DNA of 64,000 nucleotides from positions 4,123-68,122 of the IMG/VR virus record IMGVR_UViG_3300047455_000060; one strand, 5' to 3'. The position numbers and the translations under genes were made by a program. Below, one piece after another: positions 55,471-64,000 of the stretch (position 1 is the stretch's first letter; every line of letters begins with the position of its first letter). The notes beneath the pieces were generated by a model. That model was not told the DNA's origin. It was given only the letters and a program-made list of their open reading frames with translations, and did not search any database. The stretch is from a virus.

Positions 55471-56476
55471 AATTGTACAATTCTATTGATGCTAAATTCT
55501 TCATTTTGCTTTCGCACATAATATCAGTGTATGGCAAAAAGCTCAATGCCCAATCGTTAACAAGTTGATTAGGGTAGAAGTCGCTGTGTGCTCTTAGCTT
55601 TGCTTTCTTGTGTCCTGCTTCTAGCAAGTCCGGAAAGTGTAACATACTGTTGTGCGTGAACCCTTCGGGCAATGCTTCGTTACGACTGTATGAATAGTGT
55701 ATTGTAGGACGCACACCACGCCAGCTATCAATTACGCGAGCAAATCTATCGTCGGTGGGACGAATGTATTCACCTTCACGGCACCAGTGATGGTGTATGT
55801 CAAGAACGAGTGCGCAGTGGTCGACAAGTTCGAGGCTGTGTTCGAGTCCCCATTTGTTTTCGTCGTTCTCGATTGTAATACAGTTTCTTGCCTCCGGTGA
55901 CAAACGTTTAAGTGCGTCTTTGATACCGGCTGGACCTTTGCGGCCGCTGATGTGTACGTTGCACTTGAAGTCTTGGAATTGTCGGCCATAGCCCATCCAG
56001 CGGATGACATCGGTGTGATATTCAAACTCTTCTATGCTCCTCTCTACAATACCTTCATCGTCACTAGCAAGAACTGTAAACTGGCCAGGGTGCATACTGA
56101 GACGAACATCAAGCCTACGAGCAATCTCACCCACCTTGGCAAACTCTCTTTCACAATAAGCGACAACGTCTGGTAGTCTCCAATAGTACCGCCAATCAGA
56201 CTGAGTGTACACAGGAAGGACGTCGCTACCGAGTCTAACCATTCTAAGGCCTTGTGGTAAACTTCCAACATATTCAATCAATCTCCTATACGCATCAATA
56301 TTATGCACCATAATGTCCCACAGCCGTTGCTCTGCATCATTACGACTTTGACGGTTAAGCCATTGCACTGTAGTTGACTTTGTATTTAGTGGACGCTGAA
56401 TTTCTTCAAGCAGTTTCTTAGATTGGGTTTGATCTGGATGCATGTATTTACATGCGAAGCCTATACGTTGAGTCAT
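55346..56476 (-). CDS. uvsE: UV damage endonuclease UvsE/UVDE
   Basis: RIGFAC, RLGSD, RLSMHPGQF, IENDE, LDIHHH, RAHSD. Confidence 0.92.
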   Translation of the reverse strand: MTQRIGFACKYMHPDQTQSKKLLEEIQRPLNTKSTTVQWLNRQSRNDAEQRLWDIMVHNIDAYRRLIEYVGSLPQGLRMVRLGSDVLPVYTQSDWRYYWRLPDVVAYCEREFAKVGEIARRLDVRLSMHPGQFTVLASDDEGIVERSIEEFEYHTDVIRWMGYGRQFQDFKCNVHISGRKGPAGIKDALKRLSPEARNCITIENDENKWGLEHSLELVDHCALVLDIHHHWCREGEYIRPTDDRFARVIDSWRGVRPTIHYSYSRNEALPEGFTHNSMLHFPDLLEAGHKKAKLRAHSDFYPNQLVNDWALSFLPYTDIMCESKMKNLASIELYNYANTRKDQLSKGINELLRFQQSQNQSNTETFTATEEMLPVS

Positions 56477-56509
56477 GCTATGTGCCTAATGTTTGTTAAC
56501 TTAATATAT

Positions 56510-56538
56510 ATTATACTACCATTAACTGTGTGTGTCAA
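56510..56538 (-). promoter_or_regulatory. sigma70 promoter for uvsE
   Basis: TTGACA-17-TATAAT. Confidence 0.85.
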
Positions 56539-56965
56539 GTTCGTATTCAAAGTTTTGACATTCTAGATGCTTTCCGATAAATTTAGCACCGTTCTTTAAA
56601 TGAAAGTTTTTTGCCATTTCTGTAAGTGGACTTAATGTAACCCACCGCTTTACATCTGGATTGTTGCGTTTGATATAATTTGCTACTTCAAACACAATAT
56701 CTCTGCCTGCTCCTTTATCGTAACTCCATACAGTATAAAATACTGCAACATCAGTACCTATCCATCCTAGATCACGTTCACAAGTTGGTACTTCGTCAGT
56801 ATATGCCACGCATATAACAGCTCGAATCGTTTCAAAGGATTCATCTGAGTACAGCCCATATACTTCTCTTCCGCATAGTGTTCTCCACTTTGCCCTAATA
56901 TGGGGACGAACTGGATCGTCTTTAATTATATCACTTACAATTTGATTGTTTAACTTTAATAACAC
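56522..56965 (-). CDS. GNAT / malonyl-CoA-decarboxylase-like protein
   Basis: AVFYTVWSY..GAGR...VTLSP...FHLKNGA. Confidence 0.55.
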   Translation of the reverse strand: MLLKLNNQIVSDIIKDDPVRPHIRAKWRTLCGREVYGLYSDESFETIRAVICVAYTDEVPTCERDLGWIGTDVAVFYTVWSYDKGAGRDIVFEVANYIKRNNPDVKRWVTLSPLTEMAKNFHLKNGAKFIGKHLECQNFEYELDTHS

Positions 56966-56977
56966 TTTTACTTCTTT

Positions 56978-57805
56978 CTATTTCCAGTTATTTACTACCC
57001 ACGGATCTTGACAATGTTCAGGATTAGGATCTCCATGAAATACTGTAATACAACATTCATTTGGCGGCGTAACATGTTCTATTGTTCGAAGCTTTCTAGA
57101 GCCTCGTGGACCACCTGATGCAAAGTCTTTAGTTCTTCTAATTTCCCACTTCCAACTTAGTATCCAGTTATCTGGGAACATCTTTGCCGGCAGTTTAGAT
57201 CTTGTTGCTATATCATATAACCAATCTTGATCACCATGCCATCTACGCTGAATTGCTTTTTGATCTTGTTCAAAGTCTTTCCAAAAACTTACAAGTTCAT
57301 TGGACCGAAATCTTACAACTGAACTATTATATTTTTGCCAACTTGGTCTCATTTTACGAGTAAAGTCTCGTATAGTACACCACGAAGTTGGCTCATATAA
57401 AAATAAATGATCTATGTTTTTTGCTATTACTACATCTAGATCTAAATATAGAATAGTTCCATCTAATCCTAATTGGTTTGAAAACATATACGGCTTACAC
57501 CACCACCCTGATAAAAACTCAGGAAGAGGAACAGTTAATATATTAGAATTCAACCCATTAGTATCATCTGTCAAGCAGACAAAATCATAATCTAGTGTAC
57601 AATTACGTTTAACCATATTATACAACTTGTTTACATAGTCTGCAGAATACTTTGTGCCATGCTTTAAACATAGCACATAGTATTTGCTGTTGACATTTTT
57701 CTGCGGCAAAACTACATTAGAGTTGACACTTTTCTGCGCCTTCTCTAATGCTTTGCGAACTTTACGTTGTTCTTTAGTTTCGTCGTCGACGTACTTCTTA
57801 GCCAT
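56978..57805 (-). CDS. GT-A glycosyltransferase
   Basis: GTKYSADYV, YLDLDVV (DxD), NSSV, GDQDW, VFHGDPNP. Confidence 0.8.
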   Translation of the reverse strand: MAKKYVDDETKEQRKVRKALEKAQKSVNSNVVLPQKNVNSKYYVLCLKHGTKYSADYVNKLYNMVKRNCTLDYDFVCLTDDTNGLNSNILTVPLPEFLSGWWCKPYMFSNQLGLDGTILYLDLDVVIAKNIDHLFLYEPTSWCTIRDFTRKMRPSWQKYNSSVVRFRSNELVSFWKDFEQDQKAIQRRWHGDQDWLYDIATRSKLPAKMFPDNWILSWKWEIRRTKDFASGGPRGSRKLRTIEHVTPPNECCITVFHGDPNPEHCQDPWVVNNWK

Positions 57806-58385
57806 TGATACGCTTCATCAAATCCTTAGGTGATTCCCATGACCAGCGTGGTTGCATAACCAACAGTTGGCGCATGTCATCGATCTTGTGTTCTGCATTA
57901 CGTTTTGCAGTATCTTCATCTACTTCGCACATTGCATCGTTGCGTTCATGCTCATACACACGCACACGCTCTACATAACAACGTCCGTCTGTGATTTTGT
58001 AAATGTAGTGATTAACATGTTCCCAAATAAACACACTGCTCATTTCCATGCTTACACCACTTGGCAGCACACGAAGTGTACCTAAGATACCTCCAGTATC
58101 TACCATGTGATCTGGGATAGATCCGATACGTGGATCATCTGCTGGTAGTACAGTTACGTGATCAAAATAATATTCAAGGAAGTTTTTTACATCCTTTAAT
58201 TTGCCAAACGGAACAATCCATCCATGTTCATCTGGTTCGCCTGCGAAAGTAAATTCTACTGAACGATCATAGCCGTGTACTTGTGCGCAGTGTCCTGGCA
58301 TACCATCATCGTTCATGTCAAAGTGCTGTGCATGACCGCAAGGTAAATTCTTGTATACTTTTGTTGCTTTAATTTTTAAACTCAT
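57798..58385 (-). CDS. queD: 6-carboxy-5,6,7,8-tetrahydropterin synthase QueD
   Basis: GHAQH...CAQVHGY...FDH...SME..VYE T-fold motifs. Confidence 0.85.
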   Translation of the reverse strand: MSLKIKATKVYKNLPCGHAQHFDMNDDGMPGHCAQVHGYDRSVEFTFAGEPDEHGWIVPFGKLKDVKNFLEYYFDHVTVLPADDPRIGSIPDHMVDTGGILGTLRVLPSGVSMEMSSVFIWEHVNHYIYKITDGRCYVERVRVYEHERNDAMCEVDEDTAKRNAEHKIDDMRQLLVMQPRWSWESPKDLMKRING

Positions 58386-58463
58386 CTCTTGCCTCCTGTA
58401 TCTGAGTAAGTTTGATGCGCAGAGTATTTAGAGTGGGTTGAGCATGTAGTCCACTTTATGTAT

Positions 58464-58492
58464 ATGTTACACGATATTACTTATCTTGTCAA
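58464..58492 (-). promoter_or_regulatory. sigma70 promoter with a nested late box for queD
   Basis: TTGACA-17-TAACAT; GATAAGTA inside the spacer. Confidence 0.65.
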
Positions 58493-59054
58493 CCTGTACG
58501 TTAGGATAATTCCAGGCTTGCGGTAATTTCCAACCGGCTTCCTGATATATTGTAAAAGTTATTTTAGGAAAACACTCAAATACCATTCCTATTTGATGTA
58601 TCCAATAGCGTGGATCCACTGCTCGTTTGTCTGCACTGTCGTAGTTTGGAGTATCTTTGTATACATTATTAACTTGCTTGTTTGTACTGTACAAATCAAA
58701 ACCTAAAAGTTTAACTTCACGTTCGTGTGCATACATTGCACCTATTAATGTAGCATACGGTCCACTACCCCATTGAAAGGGCTCGTCTGCTCGTTGTGTA
58801 CCGTTATAAGGAAGTTTAGGAAGTTTGCGAACTCTAATAGTTTGATACCTAGAATACCAATCTTCTCTTGTGTAAACCAGTGTTCCGTTTAAGTTTACTT
58901 CTCGATTAATTGCTTCGTCAACCATACGCTTATCTACACATACTAAGTAGTCTACATTGTAATCTCGCATGATTGCATTACAGCCAACTTTAGGACCGTC
59001 GAGGTTATTAATATTTACGGAGGTGCGACTTTCGCCGTTGCCAAATACATACAT
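58467..59054 (-). CDS. Maf/MptE-like (DUF115-type) putative glycosyltransferase
   Basis: VFGNGESR...GCNA...YLVCVD...SG..A...LLGFD. Confidence 0.55.
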   Translation of the reverse strand: MYVFGNGESRTSVNINNLDGPKVGCNAIMRDYNVDYLVCVDKRMVDEAINREVNLNGTLVYTREDWYSRYQTIRVRKLPKLPYNGTQRADEPFQWGSGPYATLIGAMYAHEREVKLLGFDLYSTNKQVNNVYKDTPNYDSADKRAVDPRYWIHQIGMVFECFPKITFTIYQEAGWKLPQAWNYPNVQVDKISNIV

Positions 59055-59062
59055 AAAATTAT

Positions 59063-59539
59063 TTAGCGTGGATCTACTTCGAGTAGAATATTATCGTATG
59101 TTTGTGATTTTTCTTGTTGGAAGATTAGATAGTTGCATATAAACTCACCTGTCATGCTAACTCGATAGATGCCACCTTGTTTCATATCTTCTGGTACTTT
59201 CATCGACCATTGATTGGGCATTTCTTCACCTGGACTTACATTGCGAGTATATTGTTGTGTAAATAGATCTAACACATGTGAGTGACTGCCGTCTTCTGCA
59301 TACGCTACACCGTATACTGCGGTGCTGTTGCATTCGTGCTTCTTATATCCTATCAACATAAACTCAATGTCACGGCTGTTTTCGACAGGGTTATTTACAA
59401 TTTCGATCTTAATGTCTTGAAATACAAATGCATTTTTAAAACTTAGATAAGCAACACCTAGCACGATTAAAGTAATCATACTTATTCCACTAATAACATT
59501 AGTAGCTGCTTTTATTAGTCCGTATGTGTTAGGTGTCAT
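59063..59539 (-). CDS. membrane-anchored hypothetical protein
   Basis: N-terminal TM followed by a beta-rich domain with 2 Cys. Confidence 0.7.
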   Translation of the reverse strand: MTPNTYGLIKAATNVISGISMITLIVLGVAYLSFKNAFVFQDIKIEIVNNPVENSRDIEFMLIGYKKHECNSTAVYGVAYAEDGSHSHVLDLFTQQYTRNVSPGEEMPNQWSMKVPEDMKQGGIYRVSMTGEFICNYLIFQQEKSQTYDNILLEVDPR

Positions 59540-59840
59540 CTTTTAATTGTTTAACCTCTATGCTAATGTCTGATATTTCTTTAGATGCTTCTTGTAAATT
59601 TTTACTAGTTCTATTTAGCACTGTTATTAGGTATTTAATAGTGAAGATTGCCCACCACCACCATACTACTGCTGTAAAAGCAAACCCTACTAATCCTACA
59701 TAAAATGCAGTTTCAAAATCAATAATTTTAAAGAGGATTAACAATAAAGAGCCAGCAAGAAATATAGTAGGGGTTAACCGAGCATAAATGTCCCAACGCT
59801 CTACTTGTTTTGCTATTTTTTGATTTCGCTCATGATCCAT
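59529..59840 (-). CDS. 2-TM membrane protein with coiled coil
   Basis: Two hydrophobic helices; late box 5 nt upstream. Confidence 0.7.
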   Translation of the reverse strand: MDHERNQKIAKQVERWDIYARLTPTIFLAGSLLLILFKIIDFETAFYVGLVGFAFTAVVWWWWAIFTIKYLITVLNRTSKNLQEASKEISDISIEVKQLKDDT

Positions 59841-59885
59841 AACTATATTTATGGAGTATCTATATTACATAATATCTATGTATAA

Positions 59886-60968
59886 TTAAGATGCGATTTG
59901 ACCAAATAACTTCCAACTGCCAGGCGTCCCACTTTTAACGCATATCCAACCTACATACCCTGCAGGGCTAGGACTTGTATTCCATACAATGTCGCCTTTA
60001 ACATAATTGCCTGATTTAGGTTCTTCACTTCCTACTTCAAACTTTTTCTCTTGAAAGCGTATTGGCCCGGCACTAGTAATATCAGCATCGGTAGCAAAGT
60101 TTTTAACTCCTACGCCTAGCTTATCTTCAATTACTACTTTTTTGTGAGCTGTAATTACACCAGTTGCATCAATTGTTATCCTTGGAGTATCATCCGTAAT
60201 AATCTGTAATGATCCAGTAGTGTACGTACCTAGTTTAAATTTTCTATCATCTGTGCCGTCAATGATAAACTCATGATCCCAGCTAGCTATACCAAATGTT
60301 CCGTTTGGACTTTCTGTTCCTAGGCCAAGTCCTTGTGTGTTTGCATTATAGTGTAAAAAATTATCAACATTAAGCGAACTTTCTACTGATAAGTTTTCTA
60401 ACGTACCTACTGTTTTAAGATTACTTTTTGTTACAGTGTTACCAAGTGCTTCTTGCGATAGAACATTTTGTCCATTGATCATATAGATCTTGTTAGCACG
60501 AAGTTCTATACTTTCTGTAGCAAAAAATCTATCAGGTCTTTCCATCAGCAAGAATTGTTTAGTATACTCGCCACCTGGCCAAACTAATCCATTTCCGTAT
60601 GCAGTGTCCTTTTTGTTCTTTGATACAAACTTTACAGGTTCTAGTCGTTCAGTCTTAACATCTGCTATTAGTTCTTCTACATGTAACTTTTTCGCAGTTA
60701 CATCACCTACAACTGTTAGATTTCCTGTTACAGTTACAGGCCCTGAAATATAATCTACATATATAGTTTCAAGGTGTATTCCGTCATTCTTAACAACTAC
60801 TACTTTTTTAGATGCTTCATCAGTAATGCCAGTACTAGCAAAATTTGTTATAGTGCCACCACTGATTTTATCCCCAGATAGTTCTTTAATAACTACTGAA
60901 TGTTTTTTATTCTGAAGATCTTCTATAGCACCTGCTAGATCATTAAGACTATTGCGTATATTGGTCAT
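59886..60968 (-). CDS. tail spike/fibre-like structural protein
   Basis: C-terminal GDIVWN..P...VGWICV..GTPGSW; late box at 60996-61003. Confidence 0.65.
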   Translation of the reverse strand: MTNIRNSLNDLAGAIEDLQNKKHSVVIKELSGDKISGGTITNFASTGITDEASKKVVVVKNDGIHLETIYVDYISGPVTVTGNLTVVGDVTAKKLHVEELIADVKTERLEPVKFVSKNKKDTAYGNGLVWPGGEYTKQFLLMERPDRFFATESIELRANKIYMINGQNVLSQEALGNTVTKSNLKTVGTLENLSVESSLNVDNFLHYNANTQGLGLGTESPNGTFGIASWDHEFIIDGTDDRKFKLGTYTTGSLQIITDDTPRITIDATGVITAHKKVVIEDKLGVGVKNFATDADITSAGPIRFQEKKFEVGSEEPKSGNYVKGDIVWNTSPSPAGYVGWICVKSGTPGSWKLFGQIAS

Positions 60969-61001
60969 CTAATAATTCCTGTCAATTTATAACAGTATTT
61001 A

Positions 61002-62285
61002 TCAGACTACCTTCAGAAGAACTGTATCAGGATTACAACGACCATTAAGTTTAGTGTCTGTAGTAGCAATGTCATCTAAAAACTTGCGTAGTGCAACCTT
61101 ACCAGCCGCTTTAAATTCCTTTAATTGCTCTTCGGGTTTACGCAGGGTCTTTTGAATACTTTGTGCTTCGTCAAACCCTATAATAGTAGTACCTTTAACT
61201 TGCAAGCCACTACCTGCTCGACCCATACCTTTTGGATCAATATTGCTCGCAACATACTTGCCTAACTTACGTGTCTTAACGTTAAACACCCAAAGCTCAC
61301 TTGCTCCTACAATGTCTGTAGGATTAACACTTGCAAGGTTATACTTAGGATCAGCTTTAAGGAACTTCAACTTCTCTACTAGCTTGTCTGCACTCTTAGG
61401 CTTAGCCTTACGTGGCTTGCGTGTTGCTTTCGCTTGATCAATAATAAAGTCTAGCGCACCCATAAGTTCTTCAATAGCAGTACGAAACTTTTTGATGTCT
61501 GCTTTCTTAAGATGTGCGTAACCTTCTTTGAGCTGTGCCCACATATCTGCGTCATGCTCGCTCATTTTCTTCAATTGACCAGCAGTTGGCATACGCTCTA
61601 ATTCGTCGTAGTCTGCTAGGATGCCATCATAGAAGCTCTTCATTTTGCGAGCGTGTGCTTGACTAGGCTGTAGCTTTTGAAAATGTTTCTTAAAATCAAA
61701 TGCCTTTGGATCAAAACTGTCTGTGTCTTCGACCCAAGTTTCTAACCAAACATCAATGTCCTCTACCATTTCGATGGATTGGTCACGAATACGTTCTTGA
61801 ATAGTAGGAACATATACGTTAACTTTTTCTTTTTCTTCTGCCTTAGCTTCTAACACCATTTTAGAACCTTCTTCAATGGCTTCGGTGATTACTTTCTTTA
61901 CCCAAACAGTAACAGGCTTTAGTTCTCCTGAAGTTCCAGGTAGGCTATCCCAGTGCTCTGCGTGTTTAGGATTAAGATCAGGCATTCCTGCACGTAACAA
62001 TTTACACACATACCCTAATGTAACATTTGGTCCACGCTTCTTAACTGCATCAATTTCTGTTTTGCTATAATCGTTTTCTTTCATCCATGCAAACACTTCT
62101 GGCGCAAGATCACTTGCTTTGAAGTTTGCATACAAATCACTTTTGTAATCACGCACTACACGATGATAATGTTCGCCCGTCCATTCTTCCCAACCTTCAA
62201 AAGAATATACATTTTTCTTGTTCTTTGTAATTGGTGCCAACCGAACTTTTTTACGGGGTGCTTTAACGCCGATGCCTTTTGCCAT
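61002..62285 (-). CDS. hypothetical early phage protein
   Basis: 427 aa with strong codon bias, GGAG SD and its own sigma70 promoter. Confidence 0.75.
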   Translation of the reverse strand: MAKGIGVKAPRKKVRLAPITKNKKNVYSFEGWEEWTGEHYHRVVRDYKSDLYANFKASDLAPEVFAWMKENDYSKTEIDAVKKRGPNVTLGYVCKLLRAGMPDLNPKHAEHWDSLPGTSGELKPVTVWVKKVITEAIEEGSKMVLEAKAEEKEKVNVYVPTIQERIRDQSIEMVEDIDVWLETWVEDTDSFDPKAFDFKKHFQKLQPSQAHARKMKSFYDGILADYDELERMPTAGQLKKMSEHDADMWAQLKEGYAHLKKADIKKFRTAIEELMGALDFIIDQAKATRKPRKAKPKSADKLVEKLKFLKADPKYNLASVNPTDIVGASELWVFNVKTRKLGKYVASNIDPKGMGRAGSGLQVKGTTIIGFDEAQSIQKTLRKPEEQLKEFKAAGKVALRKFLDDIATTDTKLNGRCNPDTVLLKVV

Positions 62286-62324
62286 GAAGTGTTCTCCTAG
62301 AACTGTTCTAAACTGTTAATAATA

Positions 62325-62353
62325 ATTATATAGCAAAGAATGCAGAAAGTCAA
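62325..62353 (-). promoter_or_regulatory. sigma70 promoter
   Basis: TTGACT-17-TATAAT. Confidence 0.8.
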
Positions 62354-62366
62354 GCTCTTTTGAGTT

Positions 62367-62981
62367 CTATTCCAAATTTTTGATAGTCATTTGCTTAGTA
62401 CTGTCGCCAATTGGTCCAACTGGTAAGGTATTAAATGCAATTGAATATCGATAATCATTTTCATTATATTCTACATGATGCTTTACTTTAGAAGGAAATA
62501 GAAACATCCAACCCGGTTTTGGTTCTAAGTGAATTACTTGCCAAGTATGAATATTATCAGCGTCCCACTGAACTATTGGTCTGAATGTAAATAAATCTTC
62601 TGTTATAAGAGGATTATGAAAATGTAATGGCGATCCATCAGTTAAGTAAAATACTCCACTTATGTAACTATTAGGATGCATATGTACGTTTATTGGCTCA
62701 TCTCTTCGCAGAGTATTCCCCCAAGAACTAGCTATTTTAACTTCGTCAACAATGTGACCTTGTATTGACACATATTCTTTTGATAAGGTTTCTATTTCTT
62801 TTTTTACATCAGTGAATATTGGAGCATCTAGCAATCTTTGAGTTATAGTAACTGCACCATTTGCTCCTCCGTATGCATCTTCTTCTTCAAGTGTTTGGAC
62901 GTATTCTAATGCTTTGTTTACATCTAGACTTTCTATTTTGGTAACTCCTATCCAAGTACCAAATACTTGTATCATTTGCAT
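62367..62981 (-). CDS. 2OG-Fe(II) oxygenase (TIGR02466-like)
   Basis: HMHPNSYISGVFY...FPS..KH.V...RYSIAFN. Confidence 0.85.
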   Translation of the reverse strand: MQMIQVFGTWIGVTKIESLDVNKALEYVQTLEEEDAYGGANGAVTITQRLLDAPIFTDVKKEIETLSKEYVSIQGHIVDEVKIASSWGNTLRRDEPINVHMHPNSYISGVFYLTDGSPLHFHNPLITEDLFTFRPIVQWDADNIHTWQVIHLEPKPGWMFLFPSKVKHHVEYNENDYRYSIAFNTLPVGPIGDSTKQMTIKNLE

Positions 62982-62982
62982 T

Positions 62983-63225
62983 TTAATGTTCCTTTTTTAG
63001 TGCCCAGAATGTGGCGTGTTTGCCACTTAAATATCCTGTAATAACAACACGATATCCCATAGTCATATGATCTACTTGTGTATGATATTCTAAGTCTGTG
63101 GCTTTTTCCATACAGAACTTGCCTTCTGGCGTCTGCTGCCATTCGTAGATTGGGCTCGCCATGTAAATTTCAACATCTTCTACATCGCCCATTCTAAACT
63201 CGTGTAGTATGTACTTACTTGTCAT
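62983..63225 (-). CDS. small hypothetical protein
   Basis: MGDVED...ATFWALK. Confidence 0.7.
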   Translation of the reverse strand: MTSKYILHEFRMGDVEDVEIYMASPIYEWQQTPEGKFCMEKATDLEYHTQVDHMTMGYRVVITGYLSGKHATFWALKKEH

Positions 63226-63478
63226 ACTTTAACCTATAGAACGTTTCGTTCTTTCCGTCTAGTTCAAATCCTACCCAAGTTGTATTTGTATGGGTATTTT
63301 TATTTGTTTCTAATACTTCTACTCGTACTGCTTTGTCTGCTAGAAACTTGAACCAGTCCATAGTTTTATAAGCATTGTCTAGTGTGCGTTCTAGTTCAAG
63401 ACGATTTACAACTTGTGCTCGATCACTATCGCCGTGATCTGGCGTATCAAACGGAACTTTTATCATATCAAAAGTCAT
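63215..63478 (-). CDS. small hypothetical protein
   Basis: C-terminal ETFYRLKY. Confidence 0.65.
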   Translation of the reverse strand: MTFDMIKVPFDTPDHGDSDRAQVVNRLELERTLDNAYKTMDWFKFLADKAVRVEVLETNKNTHTNTTWVGFELDGKNETFYRLKYDK

Positions 63479-63749
63479 CCTTTACGTGTTCCTTTTGAAT
63501 GTATTCACTGTACTTCATAATAAAGAATGTACGTTTCTTCTCACTATAAAAGTCAAGCATAATACAGTTCTTACGATAGCCGCCATACTTGCCCATATCC
63601 TTGTCCCAGTCTGTATATTCTCGATGTACAAAGCCTAACTTTTGTTGCATCTTTGAGCGAATCAACATCACACTAGGCGGATGATCCTTTTTCAACTGTT
63701 CGTAAAGTTTCGTCCATTGCGATTTACTAAGTTCAATAGGTTTTGCCAT
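63468..63749 (-). CDS. small hypothetical protein
   Basis: C-terminal RTFFIMKY. Confidence 0.7.
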   Translation of the reverse strand: MAKPIELSKSQWTKLYEQLKKDHPPSVMLIRSKMQQKLGFVHREYTDWDKDMGKYGGYRKNCIMLDFYSEKKRTFFIMKYSEYIQKEHVKDDF

Positions 63750-63752
63750 TTA

Positions 63753-64000
63753 TTAATACTGCTGATGTGCTTTTGGCAGCGCACCTAAACTTAATGTTAC
63801 TCTAGGACCTAACGGAATAGGTTTATGATTATACAACGGCGGAATCAAAAGAACGTCCCCAGTTTGCATGTGATGTATTACTTTTTTACTTCCGTCATCA
63901 TTTACAGTTATCATTCCTACATCGCCAAAGCCTTGAATTAAGAATACTGTTTCAGTGTCACCGTGCATCGGAAAAGAATTATGCGTGTCAGTCAAGCTAA
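63753..64000 (-). CDS. cupin/JmjC-like oxygenase, C-terminal part (probably starts beyond the window)
   Basis: HGD...GDVLLIP...H...R. Confidence 0.6.
   Translation of the reverse strand, partial: SLTDTHNSFPMHGDTETVFLIQGFGDVGMITVNDDGSKKVIHHMQTGDVLLIPPLYNHKPIPLGPRVTLSLGALPKAHQQY

Noticed and set aside
1144-62070. Many plus-strand ORFs of 60-199 aa in the track (e.g. 14789-15286, 26252-26746, 45792-46391)
   Set aside because: They are antisense shadows of well-supported minus-strand genes, with Ser/Pro/Leu-rich composition and no SD or motifs
1-64000. Alternative genetic code or stop-codon reassignment
   Set aside because: Genes tile densely and full-length under code 11, and TAA, TGA and TAG all serve as stops
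1-64000. tRNA genes, CRISPR arrays, integrase or transposase
   Set aside because: None recognised by eye, and intergenic gaps are mostly too short; tRNAscan was not run

Overview
This is a 64-kb segment of a large AT-rich T4-like/jumbo myovirus genome. It is densely coding, almost entirely on the minus strand, and reads under the standard code. I saw no tRNA, rRNA or CRISPR array. FdxA-type ferredoxin, IscA, DUF465 and GapR/DsbA-like genes suggest a proteobacterial, possibly marine alphaproteobacterial, host (inference). Contents: (1) a 7-deazaguanine DNA-modification locus with partial queE, folE, a DpdL-like T-fold protein, a TGT-fold dpdA, a PRTase, a HIT hydrolase and a GT-B glycosyltransferase, plus queD 50 kb away; (2) replication and nucleotide genes (PolB, putative sliding clamp, clamp loader, ThyA, DHFR, dCMP deaminase, a DnaE fragment); (3) a late block of proteins with capsid-targeting-like N-termini and modular peptides; (4) ClpA, DnaJ and a GroES-like chaperone; (5) a lysis cassette; (6) baseplate/tail proteins including a 2991-aa giant; (7) UvsE, IscA, glyco-enzymes and 2OG oxygenases. 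Two promoter classes are visible: sigma70 TTGAC(A/T)-17-TAnnnT and a late GATAA(A/G)TA box, often placed to give leaderless mRNAs. The most interesting leads are a possibly glycosylated, clamp-coupled deazaguanine modification with structured leaders, phycobiliprotein-like CxRD repeats in the giant virion protein, and head-packaged polyproteins apparently cut into small peptides. All family calls come from motif recognition by eye; no searches were run.
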